64,000 nt of DNA from Gammaproteobacteria bacterium (GCA_965221695.1 OZ244905.1:1056001-1120000); one strand, 5' to 3'. Positions 1 through 15,000 are shown, counted from the first letter of the stretch. Made by a program: numbers and translations. The notes: a model not told the origin generated them from the sequence alone.

Positions 1-3000
1 GGTTGTTCCAGCTCAGGGTGACTTCGGTGTCGCCGGGCGCGGCGGCCAGGTTGGCGGGCGCGGCGGGTACCGGCGGCGGTGTTGCCGTGTAAACGATCTT
101 CTGATTGCCAAACGCAAGCTCGATGTGGAAATCGTTGTCGCCCAAGCTATCGAGCACGGTGCCGGAGTACGTTACCGTCTTGCCCGTCGGGTTATAGATG
201 TCCCCGTTGAGGCTGGCCTTGTCCACGATCATGTACTTGCGGTAGGTGTTGAACAGGATGGTGAAATCGTTGCTGTAGTTGGCCAGGTTTAATATTTCGT
301 TGTAACCCGTGAAGGAACTCCTACCGGTCTTGGTGAAGTCCGGCAGATCCTCGTAGCGCCTCGATGGGGCGCCGTTGGCGAGCGACGCCGGATGAAAAGC
401 CCAGAGTTCATCGGTATCGTCTATTTTGATGTAAATGACGTGTTCCGGCACGGTATCCCCGACATCTGTGAAGCCAGACATATCCAGGCTTCCGGAGGCG
501 GCAATGGTGGTGGTGGCGCCATCGTCGGAGAAGGTGAAGGTCAGCGTGCGCGCCGGCGTCGAGGGCGCCATCGGTGTGGCCGCGGCAGTGGCCGCGGGGC
601 CGTCGCCGGCGGTGTTGGTGGCGCGCACTGCGAAGGTGTAGCCGGTGCCGTTGGTCAGGCCGGTGGCGGTGTAAGTGGTGGCCGTGCCGTCGTTGAGGTT
701 GGTCCAGGTGTCGGTACTGTCGTTGAACGGCAGGTCGGCCGTGGCCTTCCAGCGCACCTGCACGTCGCCAATCACGCTGGCATTGGTCGGCAGCGTCCAG
801 TTGAGCGTGACCTGGGCGTTGCCGGCGGTGGCCGTCAGGTTCGTCGGCGCGTTCGGTACCGCCAGCTTCGGCTGTGCCGTCGTATCCACCGACGCACTGC
901 TGCCCGCGGTGTTCGTCGCGCGTACCTGGAACTCATACACCACACCATTGTCCAGACCCGTGACCGTGTACGTGGTCGCATCCGCAGCCAGCGCCGTCCA
1001 GTCATCCGCCCAGTTGTCGGTCTTCTTCTTGTAACGCACATCAATACTGTCTATCACCGCACCCTTGTCCGGCAGGTCCCAGGTCAGGATCACTTGGGTG
1101 TCGCCGCCATCGGCCTGCAGGTTGCTCGGCGCAGACGGCTTCGCCAGCTCCGGCGTGCCCTCGACGCTGGCCGACGGACCCGTGCCCACGGTGTTCACCG
1201 CGCGCACCTCGAATACGTAGTCGGTGCCGTTGGTCAGGCCCGTCACCCGCTCCCGTTCCGCCGTGCCCGCCAACGAGCGCCATTCGCTCCAGCCGGTGTC
1301 AGGGGCGGTCTTCACCTTGTAACGCAGCTCGACGCGGTCAATCTGGTTGGTGTTCGTCGGCAAGGTCCACAGCACCACCACCTCGGTGTCGCCCGGCACC
1401 GTGCTCAGCTTGGTCGGCGCGCCCGGCGCCGTGGTCGGGGTCGCCGATATGGCCGCGGACGCACCGGCGCCAGACGCGTTCTCCGCCCGTACCTCGAAGT
1501 TATACAGCTCGCCGTTGGTCAGACCCGTCACCGTGTAGGTCGTGGCGTTCGCCGCCAGGTCCACCCAGGCCTGCCAGTCTTTCGCCGTGTCCGCCTTGTG
1601 GCGCACCTGCACCTTGGTCAGCGCGCCGGCGTTTGCCGGCAGCGTCCAGCTCAGGACGACCTGGGTGTCGCCGGGGGCCGCCGTTAAGCCGGTCGGCGCC
1701 AACGGTACCGCCACCGGCGTCGCATCCACCTCCGCCACCGCGCCGCGGCCCGCGCCGTTCAGCGCACGCACGATGAACGTGTACTCGGTGCCGTTGGTCA
1801 GGCCGGTGACGTCGTGGCTGGTCGCATCCTTCGCCAGGTCCACCCAGGGCTGGAAGTTCGTTGCGCTCTTGACCTTGTACGCCACCTGCATCCTGTCAAT
1901 CTCGCTGGTGTTGGTCGGCAGGTCCCAGGTCAGGCCGACCTTGCCGTCGCCCGGCGCCGCGGTCAGGTTGCCGGGGGCGTCGGGCACCGCCAGCTTCGGC
2001 TGGGCGTCCACCGCCACCGAGTCGCTGCTGCCCGCCGTGTTCGTGGCGCGGACCTCAAACTCGTAGGTCACGCCGTTGTCAAGGCCGGTCTCGGTGTGGG
2101 TCGTGGCGTCCTTGACCAGCAGGGTCCATTGGCTCCAGGCCGTGCCCGTCTTCTTCTTGTGGCGCACGTCGATGGTGTCCACCGTGCCCTTGTCCGGCAG
2201 GTCCCAGGTCAGGGTCACTTGGGTGTCGCCGGCGCTGGCCTGCAGGTTGCTCGGTGCCGACGGCTTCGCCAACTCCGGCGTGCCCTCGACGCTGGCCGAC
2301 GGACCCGTGCCGGCGGTGTTCACCGCACGCACCTCGAACACGTAGTCGGTGCCGTTGACAAGGTTCGTCACCCGGTAACGCTCGGCCGTGCCCGCCAGGG
2401 AGTTCCACTTGCTCCAGCCGGTGTCGGGGGCCGTCTTCACCTTGTAGCGCAGCTCGACGCTGTCAATCCGGCTGGTGTTCGTCGGCAGCGTCCACAGCAC
2501 CACCACCTCGGTGTCGCCCGGCACCGTGCTCAGATTGGTTGGCGCGCCCGGCGTCACCAGCGGCGCCGCCGGGGTGGCCGAGATCGACGCCGCCGCACCG
2601 GCGCCGGAGGCATTCTCCGCCCGTACCTCGAAGTTGTACAACTGCCCGTTGGTCAGGCCGGTCACGGTGTGAGTCGTGGCGTCCGCGGCCAGGTCAACCC
2701 AGGCCTGCCACTGCTTCGCCGTGTCCGCCTTGTGGCGCGCTTGCATCTTGGTCAGAACGCCCGAATCGGTCGGCAGGGTCCAGCTCAGGCCGACTTGCGT
2801 GTCGCCGGGGGCCGCCGCCAAGCCGGTCGGCGCCGACGGCGCCGCCAGCGGTGTCGCATCCACGCTCGCCACCTCGCCACGGCCCGCATCGTTGCGCGCG
2901 CGCACGATGAACGTGTACTCGGTGCCGTTGGTCAGGCCCGTGACCGTGTACGTGGTCGCATCCTCGTCTTTCAGGGTCACCCACGGCCGGTAGTTCGTCG

Positions 3001-6000
3001 CACTCTTTTCCTTGTACGCCACATCCACCCAGTCAATCTCGCTGGTGTTGGTCGGCAATACCCAGGTCAGGGTCACCTGCTGGTCGCCAGGCGCCGCGGT
3101 CAGGTCCGTCGGCTCACCCGGTATCGCCAGCACCGGGCGCGCCGTTATCCGCGCCTCGCCCTCGCCCGCGGTGTTCACCGCACGCACCGCAAACTGGTAG
3201 GTCTGACCGTTCTTCAGGTTCGTTACCGTGTGCTCCGTCGCATCAGCAGCCAGGTCCACCCACGCCGACCAGGTCGTCTCAGTGAGCCGCCGGTAGCGCA
3301 CCTGTACCTTGTCAAGCTCGCTGGCGTTGGTCGGCAATACCCAATTCAAGGTGACCCGGGTGTCGCCCGGGGTCGCCTTCAGGTCGGTCGGGGCGTCCGG
3401 CACCGCCAACTCAGGAATGGCCTTGCGCTCATCCGAGGGCGGGCCGGCGGCCGTGCCCACCACTGCCCGTACCTGGAACGTGTACTCGGTGCCGTTGGTC
3501 AGGTTCTCCACCGTGTGGCTGGTGGTCGTCGCGCCGCTGTTGGGAATGTCCACCCACGAGTCATACCCCACGCCCCTGTGGTCCGTCACCTGGTACTTGG
3601 TAATGCTGCGGTCGCGCGGGTCGTTCCAGGTCAACGTGACCCGGGTGTCACCCGCCCTGGCATTGAAGTTACTGGGCTTGGCCGGAGGCTCGTCAACATC
3701 TGTAATGGTGATGGCCACTTCCACCATGGCGCTGTTGCCGTCCTCGTCCGTGGCCGTGAGCGCATACTCGTAGATGTTGTTGGCGTCATCGTCTGTCGGG
3801 GACTCGTGGTCCTTGGCCGCCAGCGTCACGGTGGCGCCGGTGTTGGTCTCGTTCGACAGCGTGAACCCGCCCTGTCTGCGGGTGTCAGCGCCCCGGAGCG
3901 CCCAGGTGATGTCGCCCACCGGGGCGCCGGTTAAGGTCGCATTGCCGGTATAGGTCGCATTCTCCGGCTGGTCGGCATCAGCCACACCGCCGATGGTTAA
4001 GGTCGCGGCGATGCGAATGTCAAACGTCAGCTCTGCCGTGTCGCCGTTGGCGTCGGTCGCGGTGTAGGTGTACTCAGTGGCCGCCTGGGTTCCCGTCGGG
4101 GCGCCGGTTAAGGTGCGGGCGGTCGCATCAAACGTCAGACCCGCCGGCGGGGTCGGCGTTAAGGTATAGGTCAGTGGCGTATCGCCGCCGCTCGCCTCGG
4201 GCAGGTTCAGCGTCGGTATCGCAGTGTTCTGTGTGTAGTCCTGGTCGGCTATCGTCTTGTCGCCAAAACTCGGCAGCGCATTCGCAGTGACCGCTACGGT
4301 AGCCGTGAGACCGGCGTAGTTGCCGCCGGCGGCGGTTAAGGTGACCGTCGCAGCGCCGTCAGTCGGGTTGGCTGCCATGTTCACCGTGACCTTCTGCGCC
4401 GTGCTGTAGTTCGTGGCGGTGAATGTCAGCGGCGTCGGGCTGACCGTCACGTCCGTGTCATCACTGGTGAGTGTGACCGTGACCGGGGCGGTCGGGGCCG
4501 CCGCCAAGGCCACCGTGAACGTCTCGCTTGCGCCCGGTTGCACGTCAAGGGTCGTGGTTGAGACCACCAGGGCCGGCGGCGCCCTCGGTATGGCCGTGGT
4601 TGTCGCCGCCTCGCCATCACCGGCAGTGTTGGTGGCGCGCACCGCAAACGTGTAGTTCGTGCCGTTGGTCAGACCCGTCACCGTGGTCGTCGTTGCCGTG
4701 GCGTCGTTGAGGTTGGTCCAGGTGTCGGTACTGTCGTTGAACGGCAGGTCGGCAGTGGGCTTGTAGCGCATCTCCACCTTGGCAATCACACTGGCATTCG
4801 TCGGCAGCGTCCAGTTGAGCCTGGCCTGCTTGTCACCGGCCGTCGCGCTCAGGTCCGTCGGTGCGCCCGGTATCGCCAGCGTGGGTGTGGCCGTTACCGC
4901 CGCCGAGGCAGGACCCTCGCCGGTCGCATTCACCGCCCGTAGCCGGAACGCATAGGCCGTGCCGTTGGTCAGTCCTGTGACCGTGTGGGTCGTGGTCGTA
5001 TCATCGCTGTTGAGAATGTCCTCCCAGGTCGCGCTGTTCGAGCCGGCATCCAACGACTCGTAGCTCACCTGGTACTTGGTGATGCTGATATCTGACGGAT
5101 TGGTCCAATTCAGCGTGACCTCGGTGTCGCCCGCGGTCGCGGTCAGGCCGGTTGGCGCAACGGGTATCGGGGGCGCGGGTGTTGCCGTCACCGTTGCCGA
5201 TGCGGCGCTGTTGCCGCGGGCGTTTACGGCGCGGATTTCGAAGGCGTATTGGGTGCCATTGGCGAGGCCGCTGACGGTATGGGTGGTGGTGCCGGCGCCG
5301 CTGTTGCCGATGTCTTCCCAGGTCGCGGTGGCGGGCACGGTGGAACCCGCGCCGTAGCGCACCTGGTACCTGGTGATGTTGCTGTCGTTCGGGTTGGTCC
5401 AAGCCAGGTCAACCTGGGCATTGCCCGCGGTCGCCGCCAGGCCGGTTGGCGCGGCGGGGACTGTGGCTGGGGATGCTGTCTTGAAGACGATCTTCTGATT
5501 GCCGAACGCGTGTTCGATGTCGAAGTCGTTGTCGCCCAAGGTGCTTTGCAGGGTGCCCGTGAACGTGACCTGGTCTCCAGTCGGGTCGTAGATTGTCCCT
5601 GTGAGATTGTCCTGGTCTACCAGCATCCGGTTATAGAAGGTGGTGAATCGGAGGTAGAATTCGGCACTATAGTTAGACAAGTTTTCGGCTGAAGAGGGAC
5701 CTGAGAAAGGCTCATTAACCGTGGTCGTCAAGGCAGAGAGTTGATACGAACTCACCGGGCTGTTGATGCCGGACGAGTCCGCCCCGATGACCCAGATGTC
5801 AGTGTCATCGAAAGAAATTGCGTTTGAGAATCCGATCGTTGTATTAGGCCGGGAACCGGATGCTGAGAAATCCAAACTGCCAGCGGCGTCGATGGTCACG
5901 GTGCTGCCGTCGTCGGAGAAGGTCAAGGTCAGCGTGCGCGCCTGGGTCGGGGGCATCGGCGTGGCCGAGGCGGTGGCCGCGGGGCCGTCGCCGGCGGTGT

Positions 6001-9000
6001 TGGTGGCGCGTACTTCGAAGGTATAGCCAGTGCCGTTGGTCAGGCCGGTGGCGGTGTAGGCGGTGGCCGTGCCGACGAGGTCGGTCCAGGCATCGCTGGC
6101 GGTGAACGGCAGGTTCGCCGTCGCCTTCCAGCGCACTTGCACGGCGCCGATCAAGCTGGCGTTGGTCGGCAGGGTCCAGCTCAATTCGACCTGGGTGTCG
6201 CCGGCGGTGGCTGTCAGGTTCGTCGGTGCGTCCGGGACCGCCAGCTTCGGCTGGGCGCCCACGGCCACCGAGTCGCTGCTGCCGGCGGCGTTGGTGGCGC
6301 GTACCTCAAACTCGTAGCTCACGCCGTTGTCAAGACCGGTCTCGGTGTGGGTCGTGGCGTCCTTGGCCAGCAGGGTCCATTGGCTCCAGCTCGTGTCCGT
6401 CTTCTTCTTGTGGCGCACGTCGATGGTGTCGACCGCACCCTTGTCCGGCAGGTCCCAGGTCAGGGTTACTTGGGTGTCGCCGGCGCTGGCCTGCAAGTTG
6501 CTCGGCGCAGACGGCTTCGCCAGCTCCGGGGTACCCTCGACGCTGGCCGACGGACCCGTGCCCACGGTGTTCACTGCGCGCACCTCAAACACGTAGTCGG
6601 TGCCGTTGACCAGACCCGTCACCCGCTCCCGCTCGGCCGTGCCCGCCAATGAGCGCCATTCGCTCCAGCCGGTGTCAGGGGCCGTCTTCACCTTGTAGCG
6701 CAGCTCGACGCGGTCAATCTGGTTGGTGTTCGTCGGCAAGGTCCACAGTACCACCACCTCGGTATCGCCCGGCACCGTGCTCAGCTTGGTCGGGGCGCCC
6801 GGCGCCGTGGTCGGGGTCGCCGACACGGCCGCAGACGCACCGGCGCCAGACGCGTTCTCCGCCCGTACCTCAAAGTTGTACAGCTCGCCGTTGGTCAGAC
6901 CCGTCACCGTGTAGGTCGTGGCGTTCGCCGCCAGGTCCACCCAGGCCTGCCAGTCTTTCGCCGTGTCCGCCTTGTGGCGCACCTGCACCTTGGTCAGCGC
7001 GCCGGCGTTTGCCGGCAGCGTCCAGCTCAGGACGACCTGGGTGTCGCCGGGGGCCGCCGTTAAGCCGGTCGGCGCCAACGGTACCGCCACCGGCGTCGCA
7101 TCCACCTCCGCCACCGCGCCGCGGCCGGCGCCGTTCAGCGCACGCACGATGAACGTGTACTCGGTGCCGTTGGTCAGGCCGGTCACTTCGTGGCTGGTCG
7201 CATCCTTGGCCAGGTCCACCCAGGGCTGGAAGTTCGCCGCACTCTTCACCTTGTACGCCACCTGCATCCTGTCAATCTCGCTGGTGTTGGTCGGCAGGTC
7301 CCAGGTCAGGCCGACCTTGCCGTCGCCCGCGGTGGCCGTCAGGTTGGTCGGGGCGTCCGGGACCGCCAGCTTCGGCTGGGCGTCCACGGCCACCGAGTCG
7401 CTGCTGCCGGCGGTGTTGGTGGCGCGGACCTCAAACTCGTAGGTCACGCCGTTGTCAAGACCGGTCTCAGTGTGGGTCGTGGCGTCCTTGGCCAGCAGGG
7501 TCCATTGGCTCCAGGCCGTGTCCGTCTTCTTCTTGTGGCGCACGTCGATGGTGTCGACCGTGCCCTTGTCCGGCAGGTCCCAGGTCAGGGTCACTTGGGT
7601 GTCGCCGGCAGCGGCTTGCAAGTTGCTCGGCGCCGACGGCTTCGCCAGCTCCGGCGTGCCCTCGACGCTGGCCGACGGACCCGTGCCCACGGTGTTCACC
7701 GCGCGCACCTCGAACAGGTAGTCGGTGCCGTTCACCAGACCCGTCACCCGGGAACGCTCCGCCGTGCCGGCCAGGGAGCTCCATGCGCTCCAGCCGGTGT
7801 CGGGAGCCGTCTTCACCTTGTAGCGCAGCTCGACGCTGTCAATCCGGCTGGTGTTGGTGGGCAGGGTCCACAGCACCACCACCTCGGTGTCGCCGGGCAC
7901 CGTGCTCAAGTTGGTCGGCGCGCCCGGCGTAACCAGTGGCGGCGCCCGCGGCGTCGCCGCGCCGGTGGCGGGGTCGCCGTTGCCGGCGCTGTTGGTGGCG
8001 CGCACCTGGAAGGTGTAGCCGGTGCCATTGGTCAGGCCGGTGACCTTGTGGCTGGTGGCGTCGGCGGACGGCAGGTCGGTCCACTTGTCGCGGGCGTCGT
8101 CGAACGGCAGGTCCGCCGTGGCCTTCCAGCGCACCTGCACGGTGTCGATCTCGCTGGTGTTGGTGGGCAGCTTCCAGCCCAAGGCCACTTCGGTGTTGCC
8201 CCCCGTGGCGCTGAACTCGGTCGGCTTGCCGGGAACCGCCAGCTCCGGCGTTGCGGCCGTCCGCGCCGCCGGGCCGGCGCCGGACGCGCTCTCCGCGCGC
8301 ACTTCAAACAGGTAGTCCTGGCCGTTCTTCAGGTTGGTCACGGTGTGCGTGGTGGCGTCCGCCGCCAGGTCGGTCCAGGGTTCCCAAGTGGTTTCGCCCC
8401 GGGCCTGGTGGCGCACCTGCACCTTGTCCAGCACGCTGGCGTTCGTCGGCAGGTCCCAAGTCAGGCTCACGGAGCGGTCGCCCGCGGTGGCCGTCAGGTT
8501 CTCCGGGGCGTCCGGAACCGCCACTTGCGGCGTCGCCTTGACCGCGTCGGAGGCGTCGCCCAGCAGGCTGTCGGCCACGGCGCGGATCTGGAAGGTGTAC
8601 TCGGTGCCGTTGGTCAGGCCGGTCACCGTGTGGGTGACGGTGTCGGCGCCGCTGCCGGGAATGTCATCCCACAGGTTGATCCCCACGGTTTCAGAGTTGA
8701 AAATCTGGTACTTGGTGATGCTGTCGTCACCGGGGTTGGCCCAGATCAGGGTGACTTCCGCGTCGCCGGCTATGGCGACCAGGCTCCTCGGCTTGGCGGG
8801 CGGCTCCAGTTCGTCGTAGATCGCGGTGACCGTGGTCGCGGCGGCGTTGTCGTTGCCGGCGGCGTCCTGGGCCACGGCCGCCGCCACGGCGACGCTGAAC
8901 TCGCCCTCGGCCTTCGGCGTGATCTTCGCCGTGTAGACCGGCGCTGCCGGATCCGGTTGGGCGAAGGCCGAAGCGTCGGCGTTGGTCAATGTGATGTCGC

Positions 9001-12000
9001 CGGCCTCGAAGCCGGTGACGGACTCGCTGAAGGTGAAGGTGGCATCCACCGCTGCGTTGACCGTTCCGGAAACGCCCGTGATGGCCACCGTCGGCGCCGT
9101 GTTGTCCAGCTCGTACGTAATCTGATTGCCGCGGGGCGGGGTCCGGTCACGGAGCGTATTGCCAACGCAGTCCGTGACCTCCGCATGATTCAGCGTCAAG
9201 GTGGCCGTGCCGTTGTAGCCAGCCAATGCGCCGCCGGAAATGTTTACGACGTAGGGAGTGAGATCTCCGCAGGTATTCGGATCATCGGCCCCCGGGGTCA
9301 CGGTCAGCGTCGGCTCCTGCGTGATCGCCGGCACGAAGGTAACCGTATAGGCAGCCGCACTACCGGCCCCCGAATTGCGCATGCTTTCGTTGTATTGAAC
9401 CGACCACTGCACCGAATCCCGGTTGGTCGGCGACTTCGCGTCGGTGTTCCCGGTTTCGCTGTCGTAACGGAAAATTGAAGTTACGTGTGGAGGGGTCCTG
9501 TCCAGCAGGTAGGTGTCGTCGTTGGTCCCCGTCGGCGTGGTGTCGGTCAGCGCGTTGCCGGCGGTATCCTCGATGTCCTGGCCCTGCACGAACTCCAGGT
9601 TCACCGTGCCGGCCAGCACCACCAAATTGCCACCGGCCACGTTCACGTCCCAGGTGGTGCCGTCCGTGCCGACTGCCGTCGCCGTCTCCGTCCCGTCCGT
9701 ACCCGCAACGTGGAAGTCATCGTCGGACACATTCACCACCGCCTCGCTGAATGTCACCCGCCAGGTCAAGGACACCGCGTTGGTGGGCGAAGTTGGCGGA
9801 TCATGTCGCACAATGCTCGCCACCCGCGGCGCTTGGGTGTCCGCAGTGACGGTGATGTTGAACGTGAGGCTGGCCGTGTCGCCGTCGGCGTCAGTGGCGG
9901 TGTAAGTGTAGGCTGTCGCGCTCTGGGCCGTGGTCGGAGCGCCCGTCAGGGTGCGGGCGGTGTCGCTGAACGTCAGACCCGCCGGCGGGGTCGGTGTTAG
10001 GGTATACGTCAGTGTGCCGTCACCGCCGCTGGCCTGCGGCAGGTTCAGCGTGGTAATCGCCGAGTTCTGCATGTAGGTCTGGTCGGCAATGGTCTGGGTG
10101 CCGAAGGTCGGCAGCGCATTCGATGTGGCCGAGACCGTGGCCGCCTCGCCGTTGCCGGCGGTGTTGGTGGCGCGCACCGCAAACGTGTAGCCGGTGCCGT
10201 TGGTCAGGCCCGTCGCCGTGTAGGTGGTGGCCGTGCCGTCGTTGAGGTCGGTCCAGGTGTCGGTGGTGTCGTTGAACGGCAGGTCGGCGGTGGCCTTCCA
10301 GCGCACCTGCACGTCGCCGATTACGCTGGCATTGGTCGGCAGCGTCCAGTTGAGCGTGACCTGGGCGTTGCCGGCGGTGGCCGTCAGGTTGGTCGGCGCG
10401 TTCGGTACCGCCAGCTTCGGCTGGGCGGCCACGGCCACCGAGTCGCTGCTGCCGGCGGCGTTAGTGGCGCGTACCTCAAACTCGTAGCTCACGCCGTTGT
10501 CGAGACCGGTCTCAGTGTGGGTGGTGGCGTCCTTTGCCAGCAGGGTCCATTGGCTCCAGGCCGTGTCCGTCTTCTTCTTGTGGCGCACGTCGATGGTGTC
10601 GACCGTGCCCTTGTCCGGCAGGTCCCAGGTCAGGGTCACTTGGGTGTCGCCGCCAGCGGCTTGCAGGTTGCTCGGGGACGACGGCTTCGCCAGCTCCGGC
10701 GTGCCCTCGACGCTGGCCGACGGACCCGTGCCCACGGCGTTCACCGCGCGGACCTCGAACAGGTAGTCGGTGCCGTTCACCAGGCCCGTCACCCGCTCCC
10801 GTTCCGCCGTGCCCGCCAACGAGCGCCATTCGCTCCAGCCGGTGTCAGGGGCGGTCTTCACCTTGTAACGCAGCTCGACGCGGTCAATCTGGTTGGTGTT
10901 CGTCGGCAAGGTCCACAGCACCACCACCTCGGTGTCGCCCGGCACCGTGCTCAGCTTGGTCGGCGCGCCCGGCGCCGTGGTCGGGGTCGCCGATATGGCC
11001 GCGGACGCACCGGCGCCAGACGCGTTCTCCGCCCGTACCTCGAAGTTATACAACTCGCCGTTGGTCAGACCCGTCACGGTGTAGGTCGTGGCGTTCGCCG
11101 CCAGGTCCACCCAGGCCTGCCAGTCCTTCGCCGTGTCCGCCTTGTGGCGCACCTGTACCTTGGTCAGCGCGCCGGCGTTTGCCGGCAGGGTCCAGCTCAG
11201 GACGACTTGCGTGTCGCCGGGGGCCGCCGTTAAGCCGGTCGGCGCCGACGGAACCGCCACCGGCGTCGCATCCACCTCCGCCACCGCGCCGCGGCCCGCG
11301 CCGTTCAGCGCACGCACGATGAACGTGTACTCGGTGCCGTTGGTCAGGCCGGTGACGTCGTAACTGGTCGCATCCTTGGCCAGGTCAACCCAGGGCTGGA
11401 AGTTCGCAGCGCTCTTGACCTTGTACGCCACCTGCATCTTGTCTATCTCGCTGGTGTTGGTCGGCAGGTCCCAGGTCAGGCTCACCGCGCCGTCGCCTGC
11501 GGCGGCGGTCAGGTTGCCGGGGGCGTTCGGTACCGCCAGCTTCGGCTGGGCGTCCACCGCCACCGAGTCGCTGCTGCCCGCCGTGTTCGTGGCACGTACC
11601 TCAAACTCGTAGGTCACGCCGTTATCGAGACCGGTCTCAGTGTGGGTGGTGGCGTCCTTGGCCAGCAGGGTCCATTGGCTCCAGGCCGTGTCCGTCTTCT
11701 TCTTGTGGCGCACGTCGATGGTGTCGACCGTGCCCTTGTCCGGCAGGTCCCAGGTCAGGGTCACTTGGGTGTCGCCGGCAGCGGCCTGCAGGTTACTCGG
11801 GGCCGACGGCTTCACCAGCTCCGGCGTGCCCTCGACGCTGGCCGACGGACCCGTGCCCGCGGTGTTCACCGCGCGCACCTCGAACAGGTAGTCGGTGCCG
11901 TTGACCAGACCCGTCACCCGGTAACGTTCTGCCGTGCCGGCCAGGGAGCTCCATGCGCTCCAGCCGGTGTCGGGGGCCGTCTTCACCTTGTAGCGCAGCT

Positions 12001-15000
12001 CGACACTGTCAATCCGGCTGGTGTTCGTCGGCAAGGTCCACAGCACCACCACCTCGGTGTCGCCCGGCACCGTGCTCAGATTGGTCGGCGCGCCCGGCGT
12101 CACCAGCGGCGGCGCCCGCGGCGTCGCCGCGCCGGTGGCCGGCTCGCCGTTGCCGGCCTTGTTGGTGGCGCGCACTTCGAAGGTGTAACCGGTGCCGTTG
12201 GTCAGGCCGGTGGCGGTGTAGGCGGTGGCGTCAGAGGACGGCAGGTCGGTCCATTTGTCGCGGGCGTCGTCGAACGGCAGGTCCGCCGTCGCCTTCCAGC
12301 GCACCTGCACGGTGTCGATCTCGCTGGTGTTGGTGGGCAGCTTCCAGCCCAAGGCCACTTCGGTGTTGCCCCCCGTGGCGCTGAACTCGGTCGGCTTGCC
12401 GGGAACCGCCAACTCCGGCGTTCCGGCCGTCCGCGCCGCCGGGCCGGCGCCGGACCCGCTCTCCGCGCGCACTTCAAACAGGTAGTCCTGGCCGTTCTTC
12501 AGGTTGGTCACGGTGTGCGTGGTCGCGTCCGCGGCCAGGTCGGTCCAGGGTTCCCAAGTGGTTTCGCCCCGGGCCTGGTGGCGCACCTGCACCTTGTCCA
12601 GCACGCTGGCGTTGGTGGGCAGGTCCCAACTCAGGCTCACCGAGCGGTCGCCCGCAGTGGCCGTCAGGTTGTCCGGGGCGTCCGGAACCGCCACTTGGGG
12701 CGTCGCCTTGACCGCGATCGAAGGATCGCCCGGGACGTTGCCGGCCACGGCGCGGATCTGGAAGGTGTACTCCGTGCCGTTGACCAGGTTCTCCACGGTG
12801 TGGCGGGTGGTCGTGGCGTCACTGCCCTCGATGGGCTCCCAGGGATCGGAGCCGTATTGGTAGAGAACCTCGTACCCGGTGATGGTGGGGTCGTTCGGGT
12901 CGATCCAGGCCAGGGTGACCCTGGTGTCGCCGGCTATGGCGATCAGGTTCCTGGGGCTGGCGGGCGGCTCGACCGCCTTGGCGATGGTGATATTGAACGT
13001 CAGGCTCGCCGTGTCGCCGTCGGCGTCGGTGACGGTGTAGGTGTAGGCTGTTGCGCTCTGGACCGTGGTCGGGGTGCCCGTCAGCGTGCGGTTGGCAGCG
13101 TCAAAGGCCAGGCCCGCCGGTGCGGCCGGGGTCAGGCTGTAAGTCAGCGTGCCATTGCCGCCGGTGGCTTCGGGCAGGGTCAGCGTGGCGATGGCCGTGT
13201 TCCGGGTGTAGGTCTGGTCGTCGATAGTCTCGGTGCCGAAGCTGGGCGTCGTGTCGACCCGCGGCGTCGCGGTGGCGGTGTCGGAGGCGTCGCTGTTGCC
13301 GCCGTTGTTCACCGCCCGGATCTGGAAGGCGTATTGCTGGCCGTTGGTGAGGCCGGTCACCGTGTGGCTGGTGGTGTTGGCGCCGCTACCGGTGATGTCG
13401 GCCCAGGCTGTGCTGTCAGGAACGGTTGCGCCCTGGGCCTGGCGGAACTGGTACTTGGTGATGCTGGAATCGTTCGGGTTGGCCCAGTTCAAGGTGGCTT
13501 CGGTGTCACCGGCGGTGGCAGACAGGTTGGTCGGCGCGGCGGGCACCGGCGGCGGTGTTGCCGTGAAAATAATCTTCTGATTGCCAAACGTATGTTCGAT
13601 GTGGAAGTCATTGTCCCCAAGAGTCCCGGACAGGGTGCCGGTGAACGTTACATTCTTGCCCGTCAGGTCGTAAATGTTTCCGCTGAGATTGGTTTTATCT
13701 ATGTATAGCCTCGGAAGATAAGTGCTGAACCGGATGGCAAAATCGTGGCTGTAGTTGCTCAGGGTTTCGACTTTCGCATTACCCGTGTAGGTGCTCGTGC
13801 CGGTGGTCACAAAGTTCGGGAGCGAGTTGTACCAGCTAAGTGGTGTGGTATCCGACTGAGGCATAATTTGCCATATCTCCGTATCGTCTATAAGCAGACC
13901 TGAGAATCCCTCACCTTGCGGCGTCGTATCCTGGAGATAATTGAAGCCCGAGACATCCAAACTGCCCGAAGCGGCAATGGTGACGGTAGTTCCATCATCG
14001 GAGAACGTGAACGTCAGCGTGCGTGCCGGGGTTGGCGCGGTGGGCGTCGCCGTCACCGTGGCCGAGGCGTCGCTGTTGCCGGTCGCATTGACTGCGCGAA
14101 TCTCGAATGCGTATTGCGTGCCGTTGGTCAGGCCGGTCACGTCGTGGCTGATGGTGGTCTCGCCGCTGCCGGTGATGTCCCCCCAGGTGGCGGTGGCCGG
14201 CACGGTTGACCCGGCGCCGTAGCGGACCTGGTACTTGGTGATGGTGTCGTCGTTCGGGTCGGTCCAATTGAGCGTTACCTGCGTGTCGCCCGCAGTCGCG
14301 GCCAGGCCGGTGGGGGCGTCAGGCACAGGCGGCGTTGCCGTGAATATGATCTTCTGATTGCCGATGGCGTGCTCGATGTGGAAGTCGTCATCGCCCAGAG
14401 TGGTGAGCAGGGTGCCTGTGAAGGTGATGTCTTGATCCAGACTGTAAATGCCTCCGCTAATGTGGCTAGCGCTTAGTTCCAGGTCCGCAAGTAGAGGATC
14501 TGTTCCATGGCCGAAGTGAAATCCCGAGTTATAACTGCCTAAATTCTCCACTTCCCTATTTCCCGTATAGGAACTCTCACCGGTAGTGGAGATATCGGGA
14601 AGCTGGTTGTAATAATTTACCGATAACCTGCTGGAAGGAAAGAGCACCCACTGAGACAGATCACCCATCTTGATCACGGGCCGGGCGTTCTGGTTAGTAG
14701 TGCTACTAAGATTGAAACCCGAGACATCCAGACTACCCGAAGCGGCAATGGTCACGGTGCTACCGTCATCGGAGAACGTGAACGTCAGCGTGCGTGCCGG
14801 GGTTGGCGCGGTGGGTGTGGCCGTCACCGTGGCCGAGGCATCGCTGTTGCCGGTGGTGTTCACCGCGCGGATTTCAAACGCATATTGCGTGCCGTTCGTC
14901 AGGCCGGTCACGTCGTGGCTGATGGTGGTCGCGCCGCTGCCGGTAATGTCCTCCCAGGTGGCGGTGGCCGGCACGGTGGACCCGGCGCCGTAGCGCACCT

